Assembly (NCBI RefSeq): GCF_000143415.4
Contig: NW_003314312.1
Location: 1,251,262-1,315,261, forward strand
DNA length: 64,000 bases
From: Selaginella moellendorffii
Taxonomy: Eukaryota > Plantae > Lycopodiophyta
Reading direction: 5' to 3'
Part shown: piece by piece, positions 1 to 13,275 of the stretch
Layout of the letters: every line of letters starts with the position of its first letter
How positions within the stretch are numbered: position 1 is the first letter of the stretch
Position numbers and translations under genes: made by a program
Notes under the pieces: model-generated
Told to the model about the DNA's origin: nothing
The model's database searches: none
The model's input: only the letters and a program-made list of their open reading frames with translations

Positions 1-487
1 CTGTGAAAGGATTTTCTGCTACCTTATTAATATTGTCAACTATGGCTTTGTTTATGAAGAAGTTCTAGAGGTAGAGTTTGATTGGAGCAGATATGCTGAT
101 GCTAACGTTGCTGGAGATCTAGATTTTTGCAAATCCACATTAGATTATTATTTTAACTTGGGCTTTGCATTGATCATATGGTCCAACAAGAAATAGGACA
201 TCACCATACTAAAGTAGAGTGTGTGATGCTGATAGCAATGACACAGGATGCTCTTTGGCTACACAAAAATCTCTTGTGAGAGATTATACCAATCTTCTAT
301 GACAATGAGAGTGTTATTGCTCTCACAAAGGACATATGACATCATGGAAGGACAAATCATATTTAAACTAGATTTCACATTATCCAAGAACATATTTGTA
401 AGGGAACTTTTAAGTCTTATATTAGGCTCTAGCTTTAACCATGTGTTCAATGTTGGTCAAAAGGAGGCTCAAGGGTATATTAAAGCA
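1..487 (+). pseudogene. Ty1/copia RT-RNase H remnant (left part)
   Basis: Degenerate translation YADANVAGDLDFCKSTLDYYFNLG...WSNKK...DNESV...KNIFVRE matches the copia RNase H signature (YxDADWAG...KSTSGY...WxSKKQ...DNxSA...KHI...FVRE). Confidence 0.7.
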
Positions 488-2332
488 TGTTATGGTAAGG
501 AACTGAACCTACCCTAGGGCTCAAAATGGAACGGCGGCACAATGGAGCTTTTGAGGTAGCTCGGGGGTGGTTGGGTGGTGAGGAACCTCAAGAGGAGGTG
601 TGGAATAGTTTAAGAAGACTAGATCTTTATCTTTTTGCCCTGGATCATAACATTGGTATCAGAGGGAGGTTGGTTACGATGGCCAACCAAGCTAAACGCT
701 AGAATCCTATTGTCGATGGTGGTGCTGATGATGGTGCCGATGGAGCTGCGGAGGTTTGGACCATTCAAGATGTTGTTCATGAGTTGCGAGCCCTTAACTG
801 AAATCAGCAAGAGATGCAAGATGAAATGCATGGCATGATGGATACCATGTGTGAGCATGTTGAGGCACTCAAGGCTGGATATGGTAGCACTCCAAGTAAG
901 CCTTCCTTGATATATCGACTCAAGATTCCAACTTTTTTCAATGATGGTGGTGTGAACGAGTGTTTCACTTGGCTAGCCAATGTGAAGAAGTTTTTGGTTG
1001 CTAAAGGAACTCTATATGCAAATGCTTTAGTGGCTATTCTAATGGTTTTGTGTGATAGGGGTCTTCAGTGGTGGAATTGACTTGAGAGTCCCGTGTTGCG
1101 GATAAAAAGCCACCAATGTCTACCATAAATGAGTTTGAGGCTACTTTTCATCTATGTTTTGCCCCTCATTACGACCTGGAGAATGCTCATACAGAACTTT
1201 AAAATTTTCAGCAAGGAAAAATAACACCTGGGAACTATATTGAGAAGCTTATTCACTTGATTAGTTGTGTTCTCATAAAGGATCTAGATCAGAAAAAGTC
1301 CTACTTCATTGATGGCCTTCATAGTGAAAGTATGCGGCAACACTTACATCATTCTCAGTCTACAAAGAGTTTGGAGGAGCTTTTTGATGCAACTAGTCAA
1401 CTTGACAATGACAAGCACAAATCTCATAAGCATTCAAGAAGTCCTTCTGTCAAGAATTTTCATGATGATCATCATGGACATAAGGATGGAAACAAGCATC
1501 ACAAGCTGAAGTCTGTGGTGGTTATTTTGGATGCAAAGGGGTCAAAGAAGTAGAAGTTCTTTATGAAGAATTATAGATAGGGTTGTCATAATTGCGGCAA
1601 GTTTGGACACTATAAGACTAATTGTCTACAGCTGAAGAACAAATAGCAAGGCAAGAAGAATGGCCAATCTTCTACTTACGGTAAGTTACATATTAAAAAG
1701 TTGCAAATTTTGTAGTGTGAGGACGATGGGGATGACCATTCTGGTCGGAAGAAGAGGCTTTCGATCATTTCTCATCAACTCAATTATGTTTGAAACGAGA
1801 TGGAGCTCGAGGACACTCATGAATCAACTTTAATGTTGGAGGGCGTGTTTCGTGGCGGTCCAGTGTGGATTTTACTAGATAGCGGGAGTAATGACAACTT
1901 TGTTTCGGCAAAGTTTATTGTGGAGCATGGTTTGGTGACACGAGGAGTTCTTCCATATATAGTGGAAGGTGTAGCTACCTCTGCTTAGCATTTTGATGCT
2001 TATGTAGTGGGGCTGGAAGTGTTGGTTTGCTGAACGTGTATGTACATTCCCCATGTCCCAATGGGACTAATACAAAAACTAAGTGTGCCGCCCTCTCATT
2101 GAGCTACTCTACATGATCGTCATATGTCGCAGCTAGACCTAGTCCTAGAGTAGAAGTGGACGTGGTCATCTCAAGTGAATCATGTTGATGTCCAAGTCTC
2201 CTCCACGAGCTAACCTTAGAACAGAGTCTAGAGGGCACCACTGCCAGCAAATCTCACCACCTCCCAATCTGCCGAAGCATGGGAGCCACTTGGATCTCCA
2301 CTCCTCGAGCTGCCTTGGTTTCGCCCGCTCTT

Positions 2333-4340
2333 TCAGGATGGTGTAGTGAAGACGCACCACTGCAAGAGTGAGTCTCCACCACGTTGCCACCACTGCTGAT
2401 ATTCTCGCTTGTTGCCCATCAAAGCAACAATGATTCCGTGCCTCCTAGAGTGCCTGCACTCCTGTTGCCCTCCAAATGGACCAGCACTCATGGCCCATTG
2501 CCTCCCAGATGGACATCCCAACTTCAGCCCCTGTCGCGTCCCACCAGATTCGCATGTTCCATTTGTGTCATTCATAGCAACGAATACGCCTCCAAGCTGG
2601 ACCAATGGCTGGACCTCTAGCTCCCTCGAACCAGTGGAGGATATCCCCACACCGAGCCTCGAACTCTGGAATGTCTCCGAGTTCCTACGTCGCCTTGAAG
2701 ATCTGTCGCCATACTTCTCTCGCCACGTCACATTCCCATAGTGCATGTCACACTGTCTCCAGCTCGCCGCACTCCTTGCATCATCGGCATGCTTCTTCCT
2801 GGAACCACTGTCCTACCAGCAACCCGTTATTTGCCACCAACCAAGAGGTGGCCTTGACTTTCTCCTGTACCGGTAGTTTCCAGAACGCAAGTGTGTTGCC
2901 CACCACCTGATTTGCTTTAACTCCTTGCTCGATCCATTTCTTCCAGAGCTTGGGGATCTCCTCTCTGGCCTCCTCCTTGCTGGTCAAGAGACCATCCCTT
3001 GCTTCTTTGATGCCAAAGGAGAAGAAGCTCCTCACTCCTTGTTTCCATGCTGCGGGGTCCCAATCCAGATCCTCGATGAGCTGCTGTCGCCACCATATGA
3101 GAATGCCATTCCCCTCTAGTGTGGCCAACGATTGAACCACCACTGATTGCTTCAGAGCCTGTCGTATTACTCGAATCCTGCCCTTGACTTCATCATCCAT
3201 CACCATTGTTCATCCCCTGCTAGCAGCAGCATGTCGCCTCTCAAGACCCGAAAAGGATGCTCGACATTTTCGTCTGGAGACACAACGAACCACACCTCCA
3301 CATCTCTGTCCTCCCAAGCTGGTGTTGGGGCCGTAAACACCCATGTCCAGGCCCCCAAGCTGACTAGTTCCCTATCTGGCTCCACGTCCCATTGCAGAGC
3401 CACAAAGTCTCCAGGTTTAAGACAACACCTAGGCCAAAGCAGCCCCTTCTTCGCCTCACTCACTGCTTTGATAATGCGAAGAAGATCAAGGTGGACTTTC
3501 CTCCACCATCCCGGGTTAAAGACCTGCATATGTCTCGTAGTTTTCCTCCTGTCCTTGTCCAAAACCCGCACTAGTTGCTTGAGAGTCCAGAAGTCTGCGC
3601 TATGTAGCTTTCTCCAGATTGTGTAGTGGTCCTCTCTGCCCAGTGTCCTGTCATCCAGCTTGAAGAGGTCATTGAAGAATAGGGGCTGGTTCAACCAGTC
3701 CTCTGCTTGCCTTGACAAATCCCTACTGACTAGAAACGCGCTCCATAACCTGAGAAACCCCTGGACCAGAGTGCCCCCCTTGACTTCTTGCTTCGGCCCC
3801 TCGGCAAAGAGCCAATGTGGATCCTCCTCCCACGGTCTTGCAGTGTTGTGCTTGGGCCGGATTGCCAACAAGTTCTGCCTAAACATAAGTCTCCAAGGTT
3901 GGTTACTTGGTTAAAGGCCCATGAGGAGGATTTTGTACTGTAGCACCTTCGCCATATCGCTTGGATTGATTACTCCAAGTCCTCCCAAGACTCACGAATG
4001 TGCTGTAGATTGCCATGTGACCTTGGCCATGCTCCTCCCTGTGACTAGTGCGCCCCGCCACAAAAACTGACAAACCATCATGCGTACCTTTCTAAGAGTG
4101 CGTTCTGGGACAAGCCAGATGGAGAGGTGGTACCAAATGCTGGGCAGAATGATGCTCCTGGCTACTACCACTCTCACTGGCAAGTCGAGTTTCCGGGGAG
4201 CCCACTTCTAGATTGACGTTCGTACCTGTTAGAGCAAGGTGTCATCCTGGAGTGCTGCATTGAACCAAGTACCAACCTAAATCCCTAGGTACCTGGCGTC
4301 CTCTCCTGGTTTGAGCCACTAGAAGCCGATGCTCTGTCCC
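2333..4340 (-). pseudogene. LINE ORF2 C-terminal part
   Basis: ARYLGI, RVVVARSIILPSIWY, QFLWRG...AKVTW, then a C-terminal Cys-containing region; the reading frame joins 16561 once the DNA transposon and one TSD are removed. Confidence 0.85.
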
Positions 4341-4771
4341 AAGCTCTATTTCGTTAAAGTGGGAATTGTCATTATCCCACTTGTAAAATAAGGTTTCCAA
4401 ACCTTTATATAGTATATAAATATAACAAAATTCAACTGCATTGAGGCACATGCCATTTTATTTTAAACAAGGAAATGTCTACTCAATCACTTCTCACTGC
4501 TTCACCTCTCTCTTCTCCTTGTCATCGTCGTCCAATTTCTTTCCATCCTTTTAATATTGGCTCAGTTGCTCCGAGTCTAGGTGGAGCCCAAGTCCCCATT
4601 CAATCTTTACTTTCCCCTTATTAATAAAACAACTTCGTAGACTTCCAATAACATGCTGTAACACTTCTAGTATAATGCAAATCCTCTCAAAGAATTGTCT
4701 TTTAATATTAATACAATGGCATGGAACCCCATGCCATAATAAGTTACATTTTTAAATAAATACATGCCATC

Positions 4772-7700
4772 TCAGACTGTTATTTTTTGCCTCCAACGCC
4801 TATACAATAATCTTGGAATTTCATCACTCTCCACACTATCAGGATTTAAACCCAATAGTAATGCCATCTCTTCTCTAATACGTCCACGCTCATGTTCAGT
4901 GGTCGAAGAACCCATCCGATTGAGCAGATTATGGAGATGCGGATAGTGCTTGGCTAGACAATATACATGCCATAAATGATGACTGGTGTCTGTCCGATCA
5001 AATGGCTTCTGATATACCGTTCCATCTGCCATTTGGTTGATTTCTGCAGCCACCTCCTGGACTGGCCGGTTCTCTATCACCATCGCTTCAAGCCGTTTTG
5101 CAAGGTCCCCCAGAACATACGGTTTCTTCTCCCTAGTTTCCATACTGCAAGAGATGGGGTGCACTGCATATGTGTGCGTGTTCGCTGCAGTTTTAATCGG
5201 CGAGTCATCGATGATGAGGATTTCACTTGACCTAGCAGTCCGGTTCATCACTACAGCCTCTGCCTTGACGAAGATGGGCTTGCTACCCCTCACATGGACC
5301 ATAGTCAAGCAATCCTCCTGTGTTGGGAGAAAGTCAAATGGTAATATTACTCGCGTCTGATCGTGCATCATCTGTAGCAACGTTAATGCATTGTGGCGCA
5401 TCATGGATGTCCAAACTCCCAATTGCAAATTGAACCCGGCCCTCTGTTTTAAGTGTCGCATGGTCATTATTAGATCCCGCAGTTTCTCCCGTGTGATTAA
5501 TGTGAATCTGTCTCTTTTGACCAACTTGCGACCGCAGGCTTTGGAGGGTGCAGTGACATTCGAGGACGAGCCACGCTCATGGGAGAAAAGGACACCGTTC
5601 AGATCAAAAACGATACAGTACTTTCGCCGTGACTCTGAAATGAAATGCGTTAGCATAAAAAATGGTACAAGTCAATTTTACCATCTACAATATTAGCGAA
5701 TGGTGCTCCCGATGGTCGTTCAGAGGGTTTTGGTCGAGGAAACGTGAAGGGCGGAAATACTCTCCTCTGCAATGTGGGGTCAATCGCATCCGATGGCGTG
5801 TGGGCACATGCCATTTCAGCTGTAGACTCTGGTACAACTGGCTCAACAGTGGCATGGGGTGGTTCCGATGGCGTGTGATCACACGCCATTTCAGCTGGTG
5901 CCTCCGTTGGCAAAGTGGACATGACCGAACAGGCAGTAGGGGCGGTGTAGGGAGGTTCCAACGGCGCGTAGTCAGACGATTGGGCACACGTTGGAAATGA
6001 GGATACGACCGGCTCGGCGGCTGGGGCGGCCTCATGCGGGTCCAATGGCGCCTGGTCACCGTCAGTTGGATACGTGGACAAGATTGACTCAGTGGTATGG
6101 GCAGCATCAAGTGGAGCGTGGTCAGCTTGCTTGGCGTTGATATGGATAGTAGCCTCCACCAGCTCTGATGACTCTTGCAGGCAAGTAGAGTCCACTGGCG
6201 GATCCATATGCATGTCCAAATATCTCCCTTCGATTGAGATGGTATCCTCCCGTGCTACTAAAAACAAACTCATTAGCACATTGAATCGACTATACTGTAT
6301 TTACCATCAACTGCTATTGAGGAACTAGGACCGATATCACTTGGGTGCACTGCTGATTCTGAAGGATTGGACATACGTTTCGACCCTTGCTTGGCACTAT
6401 CCTTCCTCGACACTAAAGGCTAGAGTTTGTATCTTAATTCAACTGAATAATCTCTACTTACCATTTCTTCTGCGACCTACATGGACAATGTTAGAAATGG
6501 TAAAAGGTTAGGAATGGATGTACTATTATTTACCTGATGGTTTGTCTTGTATGACCTTCCTCCGCTGCTCTTTGGCCACCTCAGGCTGGCCATCATCGTC
6601 ATCATCGTCATCGTCGTTATTGTGATCGTCACCATTGTGAGGACCATCCAAGTCCTCTTCGTCCTCCTCTTCTTCGTCCTCCTCTTCTTCGTCCTCCTCT
6701 TCGTCCTTCTGCTCTTCCTGCTCATTATCTTTCTCTGGCTCCTCATCCCCCTCTTGCATTTCTTCCATAGGCTGCTCAGGCTGGATTGCTTGTTTTTCCA
6801 GGACCATCTTGGAAAAATCATCTGGCCGAGTCTCCATCTCAAAATACAAGACATCCATAGCCTGTTTTAGTGCGTGACCTAGGACCGTATCCTCACCCGA
6901 CTGTCTTAACATGGTTTCTGCACGTTCTTGCACCCTTCGAAGACGACGAGATGAGAAAAACGTGGCCCTGACTTGAAAAGCATCCCTCATCCATTGTACC
7001 TCTCCATTGAGATTGGGGAAGGGGAGTCCGCCATAGGAATCTGAGTCAGAAGGTGGTGACTGGCTCCTTTCACTCAGCCCTTGATCTGCAATGAATGGCA
7101 TGAGCACACACGCCATAACCGCGAGGCATTACCTATCATCTTTTCGTTGCCCTTCTTCCTTTTCGAATCAAACGCCTCTGATCCCGACGACTGTCCAACG
7201 TGCTTTCGCTTTTTATGACCACTGTCAGTTTGAGCTTGGCTGGTGCTTGCCTGTTTTGCCTTTGAAGAAGTGTCTCCTGCAAGGAATGGCATGAGACCAC
7301 ACGCCATTGCAAATATAATTTGTACCTCCTTTTTTCCTATTGCTTGTCTGTTTGTCCTTCTTCGACGCGCCACCAGTGCGCTTTTCAGTCCTCGTGTCTG
7401 AATATTCACAACGATCTATAATCAAAATGGCGTGAGGCCTCACGTGACCTTACCTTGTGCAGGTTGTGACCTCGGCCTAACATCAGTAGCTGTTAACGCC
7501 GTTTCAGCATCTGGGGGTGGCCACGCTCCTGCATACAGAGCTTGTGAGATAACATTTAAACTTAAAGTGCGTACTCACCAGGTTCGTAGAGAAGATACTG
7601 TTTTTCTTTGGCAACTGTAATTATATGCTCCATTGAAGTCACCTCTTCAATGGAGTTTGTCACCGCAACACACGGGACACCCTTGAGTAGTGCGGCTCGA

Positions 7701-10362
7701 AAGAATAGTCCGCCGCAGTTGTACTCGACAACGCATTTGCCCTTGGAGTCACCCGCTATTGCGTTGAAGACCCAGCTGAGCATTTCCCATGCTGCACCTG
7801 GAGCTTTCTTTGGATTCGAAAGCTCCATAGCCGTCTTCAGTTCCTCAGGCACGGGTAAATTGACCTCCCTCAGATCAATTCGATCGGCTTTGTTGAACGA
7901 AGCTGGGAAGTCACTCCAGTCCCACTCTGCTGCAGGACCAATAACAAGGGCGAGTGTGAAGATGCGGACATTCGTCGGTATCTTCTTCTTAGCCATTATC
8001 CCATGGATCTCCCGCATCTCCTTGCCTTTCAACCGAGCCTTCACCTCGTTCAAGGCCTTCCAGAACTTGTGATAGGATTCGGAGTCGTAGATCATATAGT
8101 GGACTGAAGATTCCACCTCCGCAAGTCCCACCATTAAGTCAATGATGGAGCTGACTTCGTCTGCATGAGTGATCTCCTCGTTTGTGAAGTCCATCACACA
8201 AAAGATGTTCTTGACCTGCTCATCTCCGCGGGAAACGATGCTCCTCCACCTTTGATCCTCATCCGAATTCACGTATACCCGGTAAGGTTCTTGATAGGCC
8301 TCTGCTGCGGGGTCGAGCTGTTTCTGAAGCCGGCGGTCGACATCCCTCTTAATGAAATTTGGATACTGATCCAACTTCTCAGCTTTACTTTTCGTGGCAT
8401 CCCGCAGCAGATCGATGAACTTGGGGGCCCCCTTCACGTACTCGTCGATGTCTTCATTTGACAAGTCCAGCTCTTCCATCATCTCTTGCGTGGTGTCGAT
8501 GCTCACCCTCGCCACGGCCACTTGCTCGAAGATCCAATCCTTCAATAGCGCACGAGCTCTCAGAGTCGTGCACAAGTCCTCGTATGTCACAATATGGCCG
8601 GGAGTCATTTTGGTCTTGTTGAAGACTACCTCACCAAGTAGAAGAGCATTAGCCACTGTCAGAAGGTCGTCGTCGTCTAGAGACCGCGAGAAACGCAAGG
8701 CGTTGAGCTTCAAATCATTGGGCTTCCGGCCGTCCTCCACACCCATTGAGTTTAGCAACTCCCCGTCATGGTACCTCCTTAGCACATCTACCCATTTGTC
8801 AAAAACAACTTTTGTCGCGTGTAGAATGTTATGGATGCTGAGTGTGTCATTGACCCCCAGTGTTTTCGAGAGAAGACTCGAGAATTCCTGCAATGGAAAT
8901 GGCGTGAGGCCACATGCTATGCCACATGCAACGAGGCTTACCTGCCAGGCGCTAGTTGCTAGTGCACGTCCTTGTCCTGGTTTTTGTGGCTTCTTCAGTT
9001 GAACCCAGAGCTTCCGTGTTCGTGCCAATGTCTCGTGCAGACCCGATTTGTAGCACGTTTCTTGCTTGACATTCTGCGCGTGGGAGATGTATATGATAGA
9101 TCGGAGGGGCGAGTTGCCTTTTATCAGGCGGACAACTCTTGTCTTGAAGACTTTCTTCACCTCCTCGCCCACCATAATATCCACAACTATCTGTTGCATC
9201 GCCAAGCTAGAATGCTGCCCGGAGACGGCATAGAACCGGATGTTCTGATCGTCCAACACCTTCCTATTGATCAAGTCTGGAAACCTTGTCTCGCCCTTCA
9301 TTGTTCGGTAGTAGGGGATCACGTCTGCGATGTCGGGTGTTATTGGACTTGCCAGCATCTTCTGCTTCAGTTTCTCCACCCACTCATCAGATACTAGCCT
9401 GTGGTTGTATTTGCTTTGGATCTCGATACGGCTCACGTCGATTGTATATACTTTGTTGGAATAGTAACAAGTACTATTATCTGCGACGATTTTTGCTGCC
9501 TCTTCTTGCTCTTTCTGCTCTTTGCGGCTCTTCTTTTTGGTGGGTGTAGTGTTCGAACCCGAGGCAATGGCATCACCGAGTAGCTTCTTTTTTGGAGCAG
9601 CAGAGTCGGACGTCGGCTTGAGCTTGACCACCCTTTTCTGCTTCGGGGTAGTTTCCAGATCGACCCCCTTCCCCTTCGCTTCGCAAACTGGAGGCACTCT
9701 CAACGGCTCAATGTTGGAATATAGTTTTTGAACATCGCCGTAGGTGAGGTCCGTGGATTCCATGTGATCTTCATAGACCCGCAGCGTCTTTGAAATTGTG
9801 GGCCTCCTGGACAACCTCTCCCTAGCTCCCTCTAGGAATTCCTCATAGCCGCTGCCCCCCTCCGGGAAGCCGCTAGGATGTGCAAGGTGGATCTTGAAGG
9901 CGGACGCTGTCTCTACCACAAGTGCCAGTCCATATTCTTGCATGGAACTGCATGGAGTGTCTGTCACTTGGATGAGGATCCCCATGCATTCTTTTCTCCC
10001 ACCATCTGTGTTGTACAGCATCAGATCCTCGCCTTCCATCCCGAAAGTCCAACTGGTGAGCTCCTCCCCCTTCTCTGCATCCACATTGACAGTGGCTGGA
10101 AGAAGAACGCAATTCCTCGCCTGTTCAAAAATGCACAACAATTAGAGCTAACAGATGAAAAGCTAGCAGCTGGAAATAACGTGAGGCCACACGCCATTCA
10201 CCACTGCATCAGATGTCTTGAGGCTGCATCCTAAGATGGCGTGAGGCTACACGCCATCTGTAACCGGACTGCACTCGAGAGCCCAATCGGTGCATGCCAA
10301 TGTTGCTACTGAATGGCATGTGGCCTCATGCCATTTTCTACTTCGTCTAAAAGACTTACCAT
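4772..10362 (-). CDS. Transposon cargo gene, ~1640 aa: ParB/Srx-like + degenerate beta-class amino-MTase fold + acidic linker + FCP1/SCP-like HAD domain
   Basis: Ten GT-AG introns (10121-10359, 8888-8941, 7529-7578, 7416-7453, 7277-7325, 7086-7132, 6477-6533, 6413-6461, 6258-6304, 5635-5681) join the track ORFs into one stop-free frame of 4914 nt. ParB motif YNHRLVS...FYAVSGQHSSLA; HAD motifs IVFDLNGVL, VWTS, IIDDSPIK. Start codon uncertain. Confidence 0.8.
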
Positions 10363-11721
10363 TTGAAGCCGAATGGAGGCCGTGACAATCGAGGCCGGAC
10401 TCGCTGGCGAATGTGCACTGTGTGTGCAGCGGATCGTAGCAGCAAGGCTACTCTGCCACTTACAGTTGGAGAGTGGTGCTGAAATCTCCCGGGACGCCAA
10501 GTGGGCTGCGTGTGGGTGGTGGAGTGGGCGGCGGAGTTGGCGGCGAAGTTACAAACTGGGTGTGTCTTGAAATGGACGCCGATGCACACGAGCGCGATGC
10601 GAGCGCGAGTGTGATGCAAGCGCGAGTGGACGCCAATGCACACGAGAAACCTGTAGAGAAGTGAGCGTGATCGCGAGTGGGAGCGCGATGCGAGCGGGAG
10701 CGCGAGTGTGATGCGAGCGCGAGCGCGAGTGTGCGAGCGCGAGTACAAAGCAAAATGCAAAACCTAACCTCACACGCGCGAAATGTCACAACGGTTGGTA
10801 ATCCCGCCACGTCATCATTCCTCGGACTTGGGCGCCACCATTAATTTCTGGATTGCCGCGCGCATGCAAGCACGCAAAATCCAAAAGAAATCCGCAACGT
10901 CATCATTCCTCGGACTGCATGCACGCGAAATCCAAAAGAAAGATCATGATTGGGATATCATTTAATACCCTCGCTATATTTATACCATGCATGATTGGAT
11001 ATTCCAAAGCATCTTGTATTTCCAAAAATGGCAGATGTTCAGCTAAATAAAGAAATTCTATCTGTTTCTATTTTTCTCTCAAATCAATATTATAGCGTGT
11101 GGGCTCATGCAATTTTGAACCAAAGAAACCCAAAAAACGTTGGACCCAAAATATTTTGAAAAAACCCAAAAAACCCTAAACATTTTAAACCCAAAAATCC
11201 AGGCGTCCTGTGGCGTTATTCCTTGAATGGCGTGTGGGCGCATGCCATTTTCAGGGGCACATAGGAGTATATTCCTAGGATATTCTGACACGCGCGAGAT
11301 TTTTTTGAGTTTTCTGGAGATCCAACCGTTAGATCGCAACTAGATTTTACAGAATGGTATACAATGTCTTTCTTGATGACCCTGCAAAGAAGCATCTCAA
11401 TCGGACACCACATGAGACCACACGAGCCTTACAATGTTTCAGGGGCATTTGCCATAGATCCGACCGTTATTTTGCTCCAAGATTTCACAGTTTGGTGTGC
11501 ATTGACCTTTCCATCGAAACTGCAAAGGGACATCACAATCAGATGCGGGATCACAAGAAACTAACTTCACTAACTCTGGTTTCACCAAGATCTACGTAAG
11601 GAGTTATGAAATGAAAGGACCCTCTCTATTGAAATGTGTTTATGGTCCTAGGGGCATTGTGACATATCAAAGGATTTTGCATCAAGTTCTGTATTTGCAT
11701 GTTTATCAAGCTACTGAATTG

Positions 11722-11755
11722 CTAAACCCTAAACCCTAAACCCTAAACCCTAAAC
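11722..11755 (+). repeat. Interstitial plant telomeric repeat (CCCTAAA), about 4 units / telo-box array
   Basis: ctaaaccctaaaccctaaaccctaaaccctaaac; two units shorter in copy 2 (56453-56472). Confidence 0.85.
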
Positions 11756-13051
11756 ATGTGGCAAATGCTGCGTGAAGAAAGATGCCATTTCTGGGCAAAT
11801 GCTGTAAGAGGCAGATGCCGAGCAGATGTATCTCAGGCTAGCGAAGGGGACGAACGAAAGCTAGCTATAAACATGACGGGATGCAAATAGATTACTAGGC
11901 TGGTCCTACGAAAATCAAAAACCATAATTGAAAACATTGAAAATGCAAAAAGAAAGGTTTATAATATTTTTGAATTTTAGGCAACCAAAGGAATGTAAGT
12001 AGGGCATGTGTTTGTAAGTTTAAAAATGCCTCAACCACTTAAATTCCCAAGTAAATAAAGCTGTTTCTATTTTTGGTACAGGTAAACTTTATAGCGTGTG
12101 GGCTCATGCAATTTTGAACCCAAAAATGCACCAAAAAATGCTCGACTAGCATTATTCTTTGAATGGCGTGTGGCCTTATGTCGAGCATTATTCTTTGAAT
12201 GGCGTGTGGCCTTATATTGCCATAAATGGACGTACACACACAGCGTAATTATTCCTTTACACGGCGAATAATCTTGGCGCGGATCGCTGACATGGCATGG
12301 CAAAGTTCGAATCACTGACATGGCACAGCTGGATCGAGGCAAGGACATGATGTGACAAAGTTCAACCTCCGACAGCAAAGTCTAGAAGCTACTCAGTTTG
12401 AAATTTGTCAGAGGAATCATAAGATCTGGTTTGTCAGAGGATTTGATGTGACGTTCAAGCGTGTGTTATTTTTGAATTCTCGAACTCATTCCTAGGTCTA
12501 TCATTTTTGTGCGCCGTGTTCTTGGTTCCGCTGAGCGCAGTGAGCGCTGCTTGTGTAAGCGGCGTTGTGGGCTGTGGTTTATGCGTCTACGAGCGGTTGC
12601 GGCATTGCGAGCGCCATTGCGAGCGGCAGTTTATGCGAGTGGCAGTTTGTGCGAGCGGCGCTACGAGCAGTTGCGGTGTTGCGAGCGGCGCTACGAGTAG
12701 TTGCGGTGTTGCGAGCGGCACTGTCTTTGGTGTGGCTACCGCTTCCTCTTGATATTCGGCACTTGTGCTTCCTGGTATGTTCACCATGGAATGGCTTAGG
12801 ACCACATTTAGAAATGGCATGAGGCCACATGCCATCTTGGGCCCTTGCAATTTCATGGCTAGCGTATTGTCATGTATGTTTTTACTTGCCTGCAGCTGTG
12901 TGTATATCAAGATGGCATGAGGCCTCATGCCATCTTTGGCCCCTGCTAGCCTATTGCCATATTCCTTTGCCTTGCTGCAATTGTATATATTTTTGTATGG
13001 GTGACTAGTCACGCACACAAAAATATATACAGTTGCAGCAAGGCAAAAGGA

Positions 13052-13275
13052 NNNNNNNNNNNNNNNNNNNNNNNNNNNNNNNNNNNNNNNNNNNNNNNNN
13101 NNNNNNNNNNNNNNNNNNNNNNNNNNNNNNNNNNNNNNNNNNNNNNNNNNNNNNNNNNNNNNNNNNNNNNNNNNNNNNNNNNNNNNNNNNNNNNNNNNNN
13201 NNNNNNNNNNNNNNNNNNNNNNNNNNNNNNNNNNNNNNNNNNNNNNNNNNNNNNNNNNNNNNNNNNNNNNNNNNN
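13052..13275. other. Assembly gap (224 N)
   Basis: N run beginning inside the right arm of a long inverted repeat. Confidence 1.

Noticed and set aside
7562-10141. Bacterial or phage contamination explaining ParB/MTase
   Set aside because: Spliceosomal introns and TSD-defined insertion into a plant LINE.
7608-10234. Plus-strand ORFs antisense to the cargo gene
   Set aside because: Shadow ORFs with no motifs.
11722-11755. Chromosome end or telomere-healing site
   Set aside because: Only about 4 units, internal to the transposon, and present in both copies.
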